35,085 nucleotides of DNA from an uncultured bacterium. Lineage in GTDB: Bacteria; Omnitrophota; Omnitrophia; Omnitrophales; Aquincolibacteriaceae. Positions within the stretch are counted from its first letter, which is position 1. Every line of letters begins with the position of its first letter. The stretch covers positions 1 through 35,085 of the forward strand of contig CAZKMJ010000002.1 in NCBI GenBank assembly GCA_964553835.1, in the 5' to 3' direction. The position numbers and the translations under genes were made by a program. The notes under the pieces were generated by a model. That model searched no databases. It saw only the letters and a program-made list of their open reading frames with translations, and was not told the origin of the DNA. Of this stretch, positions 19,263 to 28,248 are shown in pieces.

Positions 19263-19940
19263 TTGAAACGGGCTGTCCTGCCCAGACTCCTCCGGTTTGA
19301 TCTTGCGGCCAGGCCGTTTGACCAGGCTTGGATCGCGGGTGTGGATGAAGTGGGCCGCGGCCCTCTGGCCGGGCCTGTTGTGGCTGCGGCCGTTGTGCTC
19401 CGCCGAGTGGGCGATTTCAAAGGCCTCAACGATTCCAAGCAGGTCTCTCATGAAACGCGGGAGAAGCTTTTCCGCGAAATCATCAAACATTCTGTGACGG
19501 GCATTGGCGTGGTGGACGAAGCCACAATCGATGAGATCAATATCTACCAGGCGTCCCGTCTTGCGATGAAGCGCGCGGTACTCGCGCTGACACGTACGCC
19601 CGACCTTCTGGTTATCGATGGCAAAGCCCGCATCGACCTTCCTAGTCCCCAGCAGACCATTATCGGCGGTGACGGCAAATCAGCGGCCATTGCGGCGGCT
19701 TCCATTGTCGCCAAGGTTTTCCGGGATTCTTTCATGGTCTATCAGGACAGTCTTTATCCCGAATATCAATTTAAAAATCACAAAGGCTACGGAACGCCGG
19801 TCCACAAAAGCAAGTTGAAGGAAATTGGGCCCTGCCCTATTCACCGTAAAACCTTCCTTCACCTCGACACTTGTACATCGGTACAAGTGCAGCCGGGTGA
19901 CGGTTTAGAGAATACCGTCTATCCAAATCGTGACTTATGA
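19263..19940 (+). CDS. rnhB: Ribonuclease HII
   Basis: IAGVDEVGRGPLAGPVVAAAV (DEDD active-site start), NDSK, DG, and SIVAKV.RD...YP.Y.F..HKGYGT. Track ORF 19062 overlaps rplS, so I trimmed it to the in-frame TTG at 19263. Confidence 0.88.
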   Translation: MKRAVLPRLLRFDLAARPFDQAWIAGVDEVGRGPLAGPVVAAAVVLRRVGDFKGLNDSKQVSHETREKLFREIIKHSVTGIGVVDEATIDEINIYQASRLAMKRAVLALTRTPDLLVIDGKARIDLPSPQQTIIGGDGKSAAIAAASIVAKVFRDSFMVYQDSLYPEYQFKNHKGYGTPVHKSKLKEIGPCPIHRKTFLHLDTCTSVQVQPGDGLENTVYPNRDL

Positions 19941-20320
19941 AATACAGCCCATCGAAGAGACCTTTTAATCTTACCCTGGGTGAAAGAGGCGAAATGGCAG
20001 GGTGGAAGTACCTGCTGGACCATGGCTACAAAATACTCGAAAAAAATTTCCGCTGCCCGCTTGGCGAAATTGACGTAGTTGCTGAAAAGAATAAACGGGT
20101 TGTTTTTATTGAAATCAAAACCAGGGCCGACCATTCTTTTGGCACACCCCAGGAGGCAGTGACTCCCGCCAAGCAGCGAAAGCTGCTCCGCCTGGCGGAG
20201 TGGTATTTGAGCGACAAACACTGTCAGGACGCTCGGGTGTCGTTTGAAGTCCTGGCTATTTTATGGAATGGTAAAGAGGCACCGGAATTTCTGTTGATTG
20301 AAAACGCTTTTACGGCATAA
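19937..20320 (+). CDS. YraN/UPF0102 family endonuclease-like protein
   Basis: 127-aa ORF. GE..A..YL...GY.ILE.NFRC..GEIDVVA......VFIEIKTR..... pattern. Usual rnhB-yraN adjacency, with an ATGA overlap. Confidence 0.8.
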   Translation: MKYSPSKRPFNLTLGERGEMAGWKYLLDHGYKILEKNFRCPLGEIDVVAEKNKRVVFIEIKTRADHSFGTPQEAVTPAKQRKLLRLAEWYLSDKHCQDARVSFEVLAILWNGKEAPEFLLIENAFTA

Positions 20321-20361
20321 TAAAGAAAACCCTGACACAGCCGAAACTTATAAACGAATTC

Positions 20362-21666
20362 ATGAACAAAAAATCCATACTTTTAATATTGCTCTTGGCT
20401 CTGATGACTGGCGCGGCCAATGTTTTTGCCGCCGAAGTCAGCTATGACCGTTATGCTTCCCTCTATGCGGACCGGAAGCAGCCCTCCTCTATATCAAAGG
20501 TTTCAACCGAGTTTCTGACCTATCCGTTTGAGCTGGTGCGCTGGCCAGTGGACCAGGCGTTAATTTTTACTGAAAAGCAGCACCTGTTGAACAAAGGGAA
20601 GCATATTTACGACAAGTTCGTGGACAATGGCGTTACTCCGCTGGTTGGTTTCCAGCGTTACGGAGCTGAAGTCGATTTTCTTCGCGCGACCCGCCAGAAA
20701 GTACGGTTTCCGGATTACACGCTCAAGGGCTGGTATGACAGCTATGAGAGCAGCATGTTCGCGGGCGTCAGGACCGGCATGGAGCGGATCATGGATACAC
20801 CGCTGCGTGTTTTCGGTACTCTGGACTACTCCAGCCGCGAAGAAGAACATTTTTACGGCATCGGTCCCGATACGAGCAAGGGCGAAGGAACTTCCTTTAA
20901 AATGGAGCAGACCAAGCTGGAAGCCACCGTTGGTTACAGTAAGGACCCTTCTTTTTCTGCCGACCTGAATTTTTACTACAAGAACACCAATATCACAAAC
21001 GGTGAAGACGGTGGCCGCGGCATTATTGATACCACGTTTCCAAACACGGCTTTCACCATCCCGGGCCTGAAGGGCGATGAAATGATTGGTACGGGCATTG
21101 ACCTGGTGCGTGATACCCGTGACCACAAGGATGCTTCCACCCGCGGCTATCTTGCCCGCTTTGCCTACAGCTTTAATGAAGGCCTTGGATATTCCGACGC
21201 GCGTTATTTGAAGGCCATCCTGGAATACAGCCATTATTTCCGCCTGTGGTCTGACCGCCGCATTTTTGTGACCCACTTTTATTTTGAAGACAATCACGCG
21301 CTGGCCGGCCGGCAGGTACCTTTCTGGGACATGGCTCGCTTGGGCGGTTACGGCAATCATCCTTCGCTCAGCCAGACGCTAAGGGGCTATGACAATAATC
21401 GCTTTTTTGACCGCGATGCCGCGCTCATGAACCTGGAATACCGCTACACCGTTTATGAGTACCGCGATTTCAAGGCTGACACCGTGCTTTTTTGGGACAC
21501 CGGGCAGACTTTCAGAAAAGTAAGCCAGATGCAGTTTGGAGATTTCAACTGCACTTATGGTGGTGGAGTCCGGTTGTCTTTACTGGAACATGTTATTGCG
21601 TCAATTGAAGTAGCTCACGGAAACGAAGGAACAGGAATTTATGTTAAAAACCGCGCGCCTTTCTAA
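20362..21666 (+). CDS. Omp85/BamA-superfamily outer-membrane beta-barrel protein without recognisable POTRA repeats
   Basis: 434-aa ORF. Sec signal MNKKSILLILLLALMTGAANVFA|AE. Alternating amphipathic strands. FYGIGPDTS and LRGYDNNRFFDRDAALMNLEYRY (Omp85 barrel motif). C-terminal beta-signal ending in Phe (IYVKNRAPF). Confidence 0.75.
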   Translation: MNKKSILLILLLALMTGAANVFAAEVSYDRYASLYADRKQPSSISKVSTEFLTYPFELVRWPVDQALIFTEKQHLLNKGKHIYDKFVDNGVTPLVGFQRYGAEVDFLRATRQKVRFPDYTLKGWYDSYESSMFAGVRTGMERIMDTPLRVFGTLDYSSREEEHFYGIGPDTSKGEGTSFKMEQTKLEATVGYSKDPSFSADLNFYYKNTNITNGEDGGRGIIDTTFPNTAFTIPGLKGDEMIGTGIDLVRDTRDHKDASTRGYLARFAYSFNEGLGYSDARYLKAILEYSHYFRLWSDRRIFVTHFYFEDNHALAGRQVPFWDMARLGGYGNHPSLSQTLRGYDNNRFFDRDAALMNLEYRYTVYEYRDFKADTVLFWDTGQTFRKVSQMQFGDFNCTYGGGVRLSLLEHVIASIEVAHGNEGTGIYVKNRAPF

Positions 21667-23263
21667 CTGCGCTGATGCGCAGATGCAGCAAGTTGTAGCT
21701 AAGGTCGTCACGTGCTTGCTGATAAGCACTTTTATTTGTTTGCCAATTTCCCAAGGGACGGTTTTTGCTTCCGACGGACCTTCTGCGGATCATCATGCGG
21801 ACATCAAAAAAACCCCAGACAGTCTTTACGCCGACGTTTTTGACAATAACGTCCTGGATGACAACCTTTCTCTTCTGGATTTTAAGAGACTTGGCCGCAA
21901 AATTACGGGCGCCAAACTGCGTTCCGCGAACGTTAACATTTATGATGAGGTCGCCGATTCCGCTTTCTTCACCAATCGCAAGAGCCGTGCCGCGGCCGCT
22001 GAAGCGCAGGGGCCAGACGTTTCCGGTGCCCTGCAGATCACGGGAGGCCACCTTGAAGGTCTGCGGCCGGTTTTTGAAGTGCGTGATTCCAAGGGCGAAG
22101 AATTCACTCTTTATTTTGACACTTCAGACACCCTCGGCCTCATGACATCTGCTATGAAAGTGGCCAGCGGTTTTTACCACGCTATTGGCTACAATGTTCC
22201 GGATGTTTCCCTGATTTCGATTGCGCCGGACAATCTCACTCCTGGAGAAAATTCCCGTTTTGTGGATTCTTCCGGTTTTAACCGCAAGCTGACCAAAGAA
22301 AAGCTGGATGAATTGGTGCTTATGATTCCGTGGGCCGATGACGGTAAATTTCGTGTGGCCGCGGTCAAAACTCCGGATGGCGTGGACAAGGGCCCGTTTA
22401 GGTTCAAAGGCCGCCGTAAAAAAGATCCGAATGATACCTGGCCGCATGAACAGCGCCGCGAACTCCGCGCGCTTCGTGTTTTTGCTTCCTGGCTGAATGA
22501 TTTTAAAATCCATGATCAGTTCACGCGCAGCTACGAGGTTTCTGAGGATGGAAAAACCTGGCTGAAGCATTATCTTTTGGGTTTTCAGGGCGCGCTTGGC
22601 GCTGACGCGGACGGTGTTAAACCGCCCATGGTTGGCTATGAGTATCTTTATGACGCGGGGGAGACCCAGAAGGCTTTCTGGACCCTTGGTTTTTGGGAAA
22701 AGCCCTGGCAGAAAAGATGGCGCGAAGCAGGAGAAGCCACCCGGTCTTCAGCTGTCGGCTATTTTGATAATAACGGGTTCGATCCTGGAAAGTTCAAAAC
22801 CTTCCTTCCTCAATTTGTTTTCAAGGACGTAACGGCAGCTGACGGTTTCTGGGCCGCCAAGATCATCAAATCTTTTACCGACGAAGAAATTCGCTCTATT
22901 GTTAAAACCGGAAAATTTGCTGAAGAACCGGACCAGGCATTTGTTGCTGACACATTAATTGCGCGCCGGGACATTATCGTAAAATACTGGTTTTCAAAAG
23001 CTGCTCCGCTTGATGATTTCGATGTCAAAGGCGGAAAGCTGACTTTTACCGATCTTGAAGGCGAAGGTTCTTATGAGGCGGATGTCAGGGGTGAAAAAGG
23101 CGGTAAGAGCTCTTCGCTGAATTCCAACACTCCGTCTTTCGATGTTCCTGCCGGCGCAGCTGAGCTGTGGATCCGCAAGGTACGCGCGGGCTCCAAAAAC
23201 AATCCTTATGTACGCGTGAAAATCAACGCGAACGGGATTGCCGAAGTCGCTCATCAAGACTAG
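21641..23263 (+). CDS. Secreted protein of unknown function (540 aa; 526 aa if it starts at 21683)
   Basis: Long uninterrupted ORF. AGGA lies 4 nt before ATG 21641. Hydrophobic core VVTCLLISTFICLPISQGTVFA|SD fits a Sec signal. The alternative ATG at 21683 has no SD. No family recognised. Confidence 0.6.
   Translation: MLKTARLSNCADAQMQQVVAKVVTCLLISTFICLPISQGTVFASDGPSADHHADIKKTPDSLYADVFDNNVLDDNLSLLDFKRLGRKITGAKLRSANVNIYDEVADSAFFTNRKSRAAAAEAQGPDVSGALQITGGHLEGLRPVFEVRDSKGEEFTLYFDTSDTLGLMTSAMKVASGFYHAIGYNVPDVSLISIAPDNLTPGENSRFVDSSGFNRKLTKEKLDELVLMIPWADDGKFRVAAVKTPDGVDKGPFRFKGRRKKDPNDTWPHEQRRELRALRVFASWLNDFKIHDQFTRSYEVSEDGKTWLKHYLLGFQGALGADADGVKPPMVGYEYLYDAGETQKAFWTLGFWEKPWQKRWREAGEATRSSAVGYFDNNGFDPGKFKTFLPQFVFKDVTAADGFWAAKIIKSFTDEEIRSIVKTGKFAEEPDQAFVADTLIARRDIIVKYWFSKAAPLDDFDVKGGKLTFTDLEGEGSYEADVRGEKGGKSSSLNSNTPSFDVPAGAAELWIRKVRAGSKNNPYVRVKINANGIAEVAHQD
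21667..21695. repeat. Palindromic element CTGCGC-TGAT-GCGCAG plus conserved flank CAGCAAGTTG, directly after the OMP stop
   Basis: 6-bp stem with a 4-nt loop. Same spacing and flank as the 17890-17922 copy. Lies within or just upstream of the start region of the next gene. Confidence 0.6.
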
Positions 23264-23266
23264 TGA

Positions 23267-23334
23267 AGGCCGGAGCTTCCAGCTCCAGCAAATGTGCCGA
23301 AACTATTAGAGTTCCGGCCTAATTCCCCGTTTTT
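23267..23334 (+). terminator. Nested stem-loop with a downstream T-run after the secreted-protein gene (weak terminator candidate)
   Basis: Outer stem AGGCCGGA (23267-23274) pairs with TCCGGCCT (23313-23320). Inner hairpin GGAGCT-TCC-AGCTCC lies at 23272-23286. TTTTT lies at 23330-23334, 9 nt past the stem, which is non-canonical spacing. Confidence 0.3.
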
Positions 23335-23344
23335 AGGTTCTTCC

Positions 23345-24034
23345 ATGATTCAAAAAATTCTTCTCTTCGATATTGACGGCACCCTTCTTTTGACCGGTGG
23401 TGTTGGCGCGGACGCTTTCAACATTGTCTTTAAAGAAATGTTCGGCATTGATGACGCCTGGGGCTCTTGCATTCCTGACGGCAAAACGGATCCTATCATT
23501 ATTGAGGAAGTCGCGCAGGCCAGCCTTGGCCGCAAACTCAATGACAGTGAATATGAAAAACTTTGCGTCCGGTATCTCGAAATTTTTGACCGTGATATTT
23601 TAAAAGCGGAGCGTTTCCGGCTTATGCCCGGCGTGCCCGGGCTTCTTGAACAGCTTTCGCGTGATAGAAAACTGGCGCTTGGTGTGGCCACGGGAAATTT
23701 TGAACGTGCCGCCTGGTCCAAGCTGGAGCGCGGCGGCATCCGCCATCATTTTGGTTTTGGTGGATTCGCTTCCGACTCAGCGCTGCGACCGGAACTGACC
23801 CGTACGGCGCTTTTGCGCGGACACGAAGCCATCGGTAAGGAGCTGGATCCCGGGCAGGTTTTTGTCATTGGGGACACGATTTGGGACATCCATGCCGGAA
23901 AGCATATTGGGTCACGTACGGTGGGGATTGCCACAGGCCGTTACTCCGTTGGAGAATTCAAGGCAGCGGGAGCGGACTTCGCTTTCCCCGACTTGACTGA
24001 TCTGGCCGGGTTTCTCAAAATGATCGAGTCCTGA
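23345..24034 (+). CDS. HAD-superfamily hydrolase (phosphoglycolate phosphatase-like)
   Basis: Motif I LFDIDGTLL, motif II VATGN, motif III/IV K...VIGDTIWDI. The track start GTG 23294 lies inside the upstream stem-loop, so ATG 23345 (MIQKILLFDIDG) is preferred. Confidence 0.85.
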   Translation: MIQKILLFDIDGTLLLTGGVGADAFNIVFKEMFGIDDAWGSCIPDGKTDPIIIEEVAQASLGRKLNDSEYEKLCVRYLEIFDRDILKAERFRLMPGVPGLLEQLSRDRKLALGVATGNFERAAWSKLERGGIRHHFGFGGFASDSALRPELTRTALLRGHEAIGKELDPGQVFVIGDTIWDIHAGKHIGSRTVGIATGRYSVGEFKAAGADFAFPDLTDLAGFLKMIES

Positions 24035-24498
24035 TGAAAAGTATTCAGATTCAGTCTGAACTGTTAGTTAAAATCCGTGAACAGGCGGAAAGTGAGTATC
24101 CTTCCGAGTGCTGTGGCCTGATTTTGTCCAGCGAAGCCGATCCCGATACGTTAACCCGCCTAATTGCATGTAAAAATGTGCAAAACGAGTACCATCAGAA
24201 GGACCCGGAGCGGTTTCCCCGGACTTCTCGCAATGGTTTTTTCCTCGATCCGCGACGTCTTTTGGAAATCCAGAAGGAAAACCGGGCAAAAAAAGAGACA
24301 GTCCGGGTCATTTATCACTCCCATATTGATGCGGAGGCCTATTTTTCCGAGGAAGACAAGCGAATGGCGGCTCCGGACGGTAATCCAGCCTGGCCGGACG
24401 TCCTTTATCTTGTTATTTCCGTCATTTCAGGAAAAGCAGGCGAACAGGCACTTTTCAGCTGGGATTCCGGCCGCAAAGACTTCATTAAATTGTCTTAA
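24034..24498 (+). CDS. JAMM/MPN+ (Mov34) family metalloprotease
   Basis: 154-aa ORF. Catalytic Glu context ECCGL and the JAMM motif HSHIDAEAYFSEED (H-x-H-x7-S-x2-D). TGATG one-nt overlap with the HAD gene. Confidence 0.8.
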   Translation: MKSIQIQSELLVKIREQAESEYPSECCGLILSSEADPDTLTRLIACKNVQNEYHQKDPERFPRTSRNGFFLDPRRLLEIQKENRAKKETVRVIYHSHIDAEAYFSEEDKRMAAPDGNPAWPDVLYLVISVISGKAGEQALFSWDSGRKDFIKLS

Positions 24499-24513
24499 CA
24501 CCTTAATTTCCGA

Positions 24514-24542
24514 TTTATTTTTAGCGGGTTTTTCATTACAAT
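24514..24542 (+). promoter_or_regulatory. Weak promoter candidate for the ACIII operon
   Basis: TACAAT (24537-24542) with TTTATT (24514-24519) 17 nt upstream, inside the 91-nt AT-rich gap before actA. The -35 element is poor. Confidence 0.25.
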
Positions 24543-24589
24543 ACCCCTTTCACTTCCCTAGAGACCGTCAACCTTAAACCGGCAGACGA

Positions 24590-25243
24590 ATGGCGCAGAT
24601 TTTTCCAAAAAGTGCAAATACGATCGCGAAGGCCAGTATTTTTGGCCTTCTTTTCATTGTGGGTGCCTCCGCGCATGTTATGTTCACCATGAACGAATCT
24701 TCCTATTACACAAAGGTCAACGTTCCGGTTGAGCAGCCCGTTCCATTCAGCCACAAGCACCATGTTGCCGGCCTTGGCATTGATTGCCGTTACTGCCATG
24801 CGTCTGTGGAAACTTCCGCGGTCGCGGGAGTGCCTCCCACTAAAACCTGCATGAACTGCCACGTTTCCATGTGGTCCGACAGCCCGACCCTTGAGCCCGT
24901 GCGTGAAAGTTTTAAGAATGATAAATCGATTGAATGGATCCGGGTGCATGACCTTGCGGATTTTGTGTATTTTGACCACAGCATTCACGTGAAAAAAGGC
25001 ATTGGCTGCTCCACCTGCCACGGTCAGGTCGACCAGATGCCCCTGACCATGAAAAAGAACACTTTGCGCATGGCGTGGTGCCTGGACTGCCATCGCAATC
25101 CTGAAAAATATGTTCGGCCGCGCGACCATGTCTTTGACATGAAGTGGCAGGTACCGGCTGCTGACCAGAAGACCCTGGGACCGAAACTGGTCCAGGAATA
25201 CAACATTCAAAAGAAGACCGACTGCTCGGTCTGCCATCGATGA
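24590..25243 (+). CDS. actA: Alternative Complex III subunit ActA (pentahaem cytochrome c)
   Basis: 217-aa ORF. N-terminal TM anchor and five CxxCH motifs (CRYCH, CMNCH, CSTCH, CLDCH, CSVCH). First gene of an act-type cluster. Confidence 0.9.
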   Translation: MAQIFPKSANTIAKASIFGLLFIVGASAHVMFTMNESSYYTKVNVPVEQPVPFSHKHHVAGLGIDCRYCHASVETSAVAGVPPTKTCMNCHVSMWSDSPTLEPVRESFKNDKSIEWIRVHDLADFVYFDHSIHVKKGIGCSTCHGQVDQMPLTMKKNTLRMAWCLDCHRNPEKYVRPRDHVFDMKWQVPAADQKTLGPKLVQEYNIQKKTDCSVCHR

Positions 25244-28200
25244 ACGAAGAGAATAAACAAAATAAGGAAATTCATAATTCCATTCAGAGCGGCGAAAAAC
25301 CCGCTGTGGATTGGACGGTAATTCGCGAGAAAATCGCTTCGGTCTGGGGCCGCGACTATTGGCGCAGTCTTTCTGAAATTGTTGAGACTCCGGAATTTCT
25401 GGAGCATATGGCCAGTGAATTTCCGGACAAGGCGCGCCCTCTTCCGGATGAAATGACCCGCCGCGATTTCATGAAAATCATGGGCGCATCACTTGCTCTT
25501 GCCGGTCTGGGTGGATGCACCAAGCAGCCTGTAGAAAAAATCGTTCCTTATGTGAAAGCGCCGGAGCAAATCATTCCGGGCAAGCCGCTGTTTTTTGCCA
25601 CAGCCATGCCGTTTCAGGGATCCGCGATCGGGCTTCTTGTGGAAAGTAATATGGGCCGCCCAACACATATTCAAGGCAATCCCAACCACCCGGAAAGCCT
25701 GGGCGCGACCGATGTTTTTTCACAAGCCTCCATTTTGAGCCTCTATGATCCGGACCGCTCGCAAAGCCCGAAGCATATGAGCCGCATCAGCAGCTGGGAC
25801 GCGTTTTCCGCGGCCGCGACGGAATGGCTCTCGGTTCAGCGCGCGAAAAAAGGCGCCGGCCTTCGTATTCTGACTGGCTCGATTTCTTCTCCTACTCTTC
25901 TGGTACAGATTCATTCTATTCTTTCCGAAATGCCACAGGCCAAGTGGCACCGTTATGAAGCGGTGCATGATGATAATTCGCGCGAAGGCGCCAAGCTTGC
26001 CTTTGGGGAAGTGGTCACACCTGTTTACAAGATTGAAAACGCGGACGTCATTCTGGCACTGGACAGCGATTTTCTGAATTCAGGCCCGGGGCATGTGAAA
26101 TATACGCGTGAGTTTTCAAGAAAACGTCAGGTCCGTTCCGGCGATACCAAAATGAACCGTCTCTACTCGGTTGAAAGTACGCCTACAGGGACCGGTGCTT
26201 CGGCCGACCACCGTCTGGGTCTTCGCGCGGGGGACATTCCCGTGCTTGCCGCGGCCATTGCGGCACAGCTGGGTGTCAGCTCGCCGGGTTATGACGCGTC
26301 GGCTGTGAAAGCGCATGAAAAGTGGATCAGTGCTGTGGCCAAGGATCTGAAAAGAAATGAAGGCAAGAGCCTGGTTATTGCTGGTGAAACCCAGAGCGCG
26401 GAAGTGCACGCGCTTGCGCATGCCATCAACGCTGCGCTTGGCAACGCGGGTAAAACCGTTGTTTATATCCAGCCTACGGACACCAACCCGCAGGGAAATG
26501 TGGAATCCATCACGGATCTTGTAAACGACATGAAAGCCGGTTCGGTAGAAGTCCTGCTTATGCTCGGCGTGAACCCGCTTTTTGATGCTCCCGCGGACCT
26601 GAATTTTGGTCCGGCCATGGAAAAAGTGAAAATGCGTGTTCATCTTGGTCTTTACGAAGATGAAACTTCCGAGCACAGTCATTGGCACTTGCCGGAAGCG
26701 CATTACCTGGAGCAATGGTCGGATGCGCGCGGTTATGACGGCACGGCTTCACTGATACAGCCTTTGATTCTCCCGCTCTTTGACGGCCGCTCCGCGCATG
26801 AAATTCTTTCAATCTTCCAAGGCAAGCCCGGAAAGCCCGGCCATGAAATCCTGCAGGAATTCTGGAAGGGCAAAAACATCAACTGGAAACGTTCGCTGCA
26901 TGATGGCGTTGTGGAGGGTTCCGATTTTTCTTCTAAAAACATCTCGCTCAAATTGAATTCTTTCAAAGTTCCCGCTGCGAGCAGCCCGGACAAAATCGAA
27001 ATCAATTTCCGCCCTGACCCGACACTTTTTGACGGGCGCTTTGCCAACAACGGATGGCTTCAGGAGCTGCCCAAAACCATCACCAAACTGACTTGGGACA
27101 ATACGGTCTGGATCAGCCCTCGTATGGCTGAAAAATTAAGCCTTGGAAATTCGGATGTGGTGTCGCTGGATGCGGGCGGCCGCAGTGTGGAAGGTCCGGT
27201 CTGGGTTGTGCCCGGCCACCCGGATAATTCCGTGACTGTATTTATGGGTTATGGCCGTGCGCGTTCTGGAAAAGTTGGCACCGGCACCGGTTTCAGTGTT
27301 TACGGCTTGCGCACTTCCAAAGATTCGTGGACCGTTTCCGGCGCAAGCATTCAAAAGACCGGCAAAAAATTTCCCGTGTCTTGCACTCAGGAGCATCATG
27401 GTATTGAAGGCCGCGACCATGTGCGCGCTAATACTTTGCAAGAGCACTTGCATGATCCCAAGTGGGTGAAAGAGGCGGGGCCGCATATTCCCGCGGGGTC
27501 TAATTTTTATCCTGACATGCCGCTTTCAAAAGAATACGCCTGGGGCATGGCTATCGATATGAATGCTTGCACCGGCTGTAACGCTTGTGTAGTGGCGTGC
27601 CAGTCTGAAAATAATATTCCGATTGTGGGCAAGAAAGAAGTGGCGCGCGGACGTGAAATGCACTGGCTGCGCATCGACCATTACTACAGCGGGAATCCGG
27701 ACGCCCCGCAGAATGTGCATCAGCCCGTTCTTTGCATGCATTGCGAAGCCGCGCCGTGTGAGCCGGTCTGCCCTGTGGGCGCGACAACGCACAGCAGCGA
27801 AGGGCTGAATGAAATGACCTACAACCGTTGCGTGGGTACGCGTTACTGCTCCAACAACTGCCCGTACAAAGTGCGCCGTTTCAATTTCTTCGAGTATTCG
27901 GACCATCAGACAGAAATCCTGAAATTCCTGCGTAACCCCAATGTTACGGTGCGCAGCCGCGGCGTCATGGAAAAATGCACTTACTGTGTGCAGAGAATTA
28001 ATATCGCGAGGATCCAGGCCAAAAAAGAGGACCGCCAGATCAAAGACGGCGAAATTGTCACGGCCTGTCAGTCTTCCTGTGCGGCCGAAGCCATTGTGTT
28101 CGGCAACCTGCGTGATCCTGAAAGCAAAGTTTCCAAAATCAAACAGTCGCCGTTGAATTACGGAATGCTGGAAGAACTTAACACCAAGCCCAGGACGACT

Positions 28201-28248
28201 TATCTGGCTAAACTCCGGAATGTGAATCCGGAAATCGAGGCGTTGTAA
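25240..28248 (+). CDS. actB: ACIII subunit ActB (fused molybdopterin-oxidoreductase-like B1 + 4Fe-4S B2 domains)
   Basis: 1002-aa ORF. YWRSL.E..ETPEF, then an internal twin-arginine motif TRRDFMKIMGASLALAGLGGC. C-terminal FeS motifs CTGCNACVVAC, CMHCEAAPCEPVCP, CVGTRYCSNNCPYKVRRF and CTYC. Confidence 0.93.
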   Translation: MNEENKQNKEIHNSIQSGEKPAVDWTVIREKIASVWGRDYWRSLSEIVETPEFLEHMASEFPDKARPLPDEMTRRDFMKIMGASLALAGLGGCTKQPVEKIVPYVKAPEQIIPGKPLFFATAMPFQGSAIGLLVESNMGRPTHIQGNPNHPESLGATDVFSQASILSLYDPDRSQSPKHMSRISSWDAFSAAATEWLSVQRAKKGAGLRILTGSISSPTLLVQIHSILSEMPQAKWHRYEAVHDDNSREGAKLAFGEVVTPVYKIENADVILALDSDFLNSGPGHVKYTREFSRKRQVRSGDTKMNRLYSVESTPTGTGASADHRLGLRAGDIPVLAAAIAAQLGVSSPGYDASAVKAHEKWISAVAKDLKRNEGKSLVIAGETQSAEVHALAHAINAALGNAGKTVVYIQPTDTNPQGNVESITDLVNDMKAGSVEVLLMLGVNPLFDAPADLNFGPAMEKVKMRVHLGLYEDETSEHSHWHLPEAHYLEQWSDARGYDGTASLIQPLILPLFDGRSAHEILSIFQGKPGKPGHEILQEFWKGKNINWKRSLHDGVVEGSDFSSKNISLKLNSFKVPAASSPDKIEINFRPDPTLFDGRFANNGWLQELPKTITKLTWDNTVWISPRMAEKLSLGNSDVVSLDAGGRSVEGPVWVVPGHPDNSVTVFMGYGRARSGKVGTGTGFSVYGLRTSKDSWTVSGASIQKTGKKFPVSCTQEHHGIEGRDHVRANTLQEHLHDPKWVKEAGPHIPAGSNFYPDMPLSKEYAWGMAIDMNACTGCNACVVACQSENNIPIVGKKEVARGREMHWLRIDHYYSGNPDAPQNVHQPVLCMHCEAAPCEPVCPVGATTHSSEGLNEMTYNRCVGTRYCSNNCPYKVRRFNFFEYSDHQTEILKFLRNPNVTVRSRGVMEKCTYCVQRINIARIQAKKEDRQIKDGEIVTACQSSCAAEAIVFGNLRDPESKVSKIKQSPLNYGMLEELNTKPRTTYLAKLRNVNPEIEAL

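Noticed and set aside
22490-22600. Faint lipid/protein-kinase-like pattern in the secreted 540-aa protein (WLNDFKIHDQF ... HYLLGFQGALG, reminiscent of a catalytic loop plus DFG).
   Set aside because: The positions that would be the catalytic Asp/Asn and the DFG Asp are not acidic/amide residues here, and the resemblance rests on my memory of loosely similar motifs. This is not enough to call a kinase or pseudokinase fold without HHpred or structure prediction.
23294-23344. GTG-initiated 17-codon extension of the HAD hydrolase ORF.
   Set aside because: HAD motif I (DxDGT) normally lies within about 10 residues of the N-terminus. The extension also sits inside the stem-loop and T-run that follow the upstream gene. 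ATG 23345 is preferred.
25420-25510. The twin-arginine motif in ActB lies about 70 residues from the N-terminus, which could look like a mis-called start.
   Set aside because: An N-terminal cytoplasmic extension (YWRSL..ETPEF) before an uncleaved Tat-like motif is a known property of ACIII ActB. The ATGA coupling to actA supports the 25240 start.
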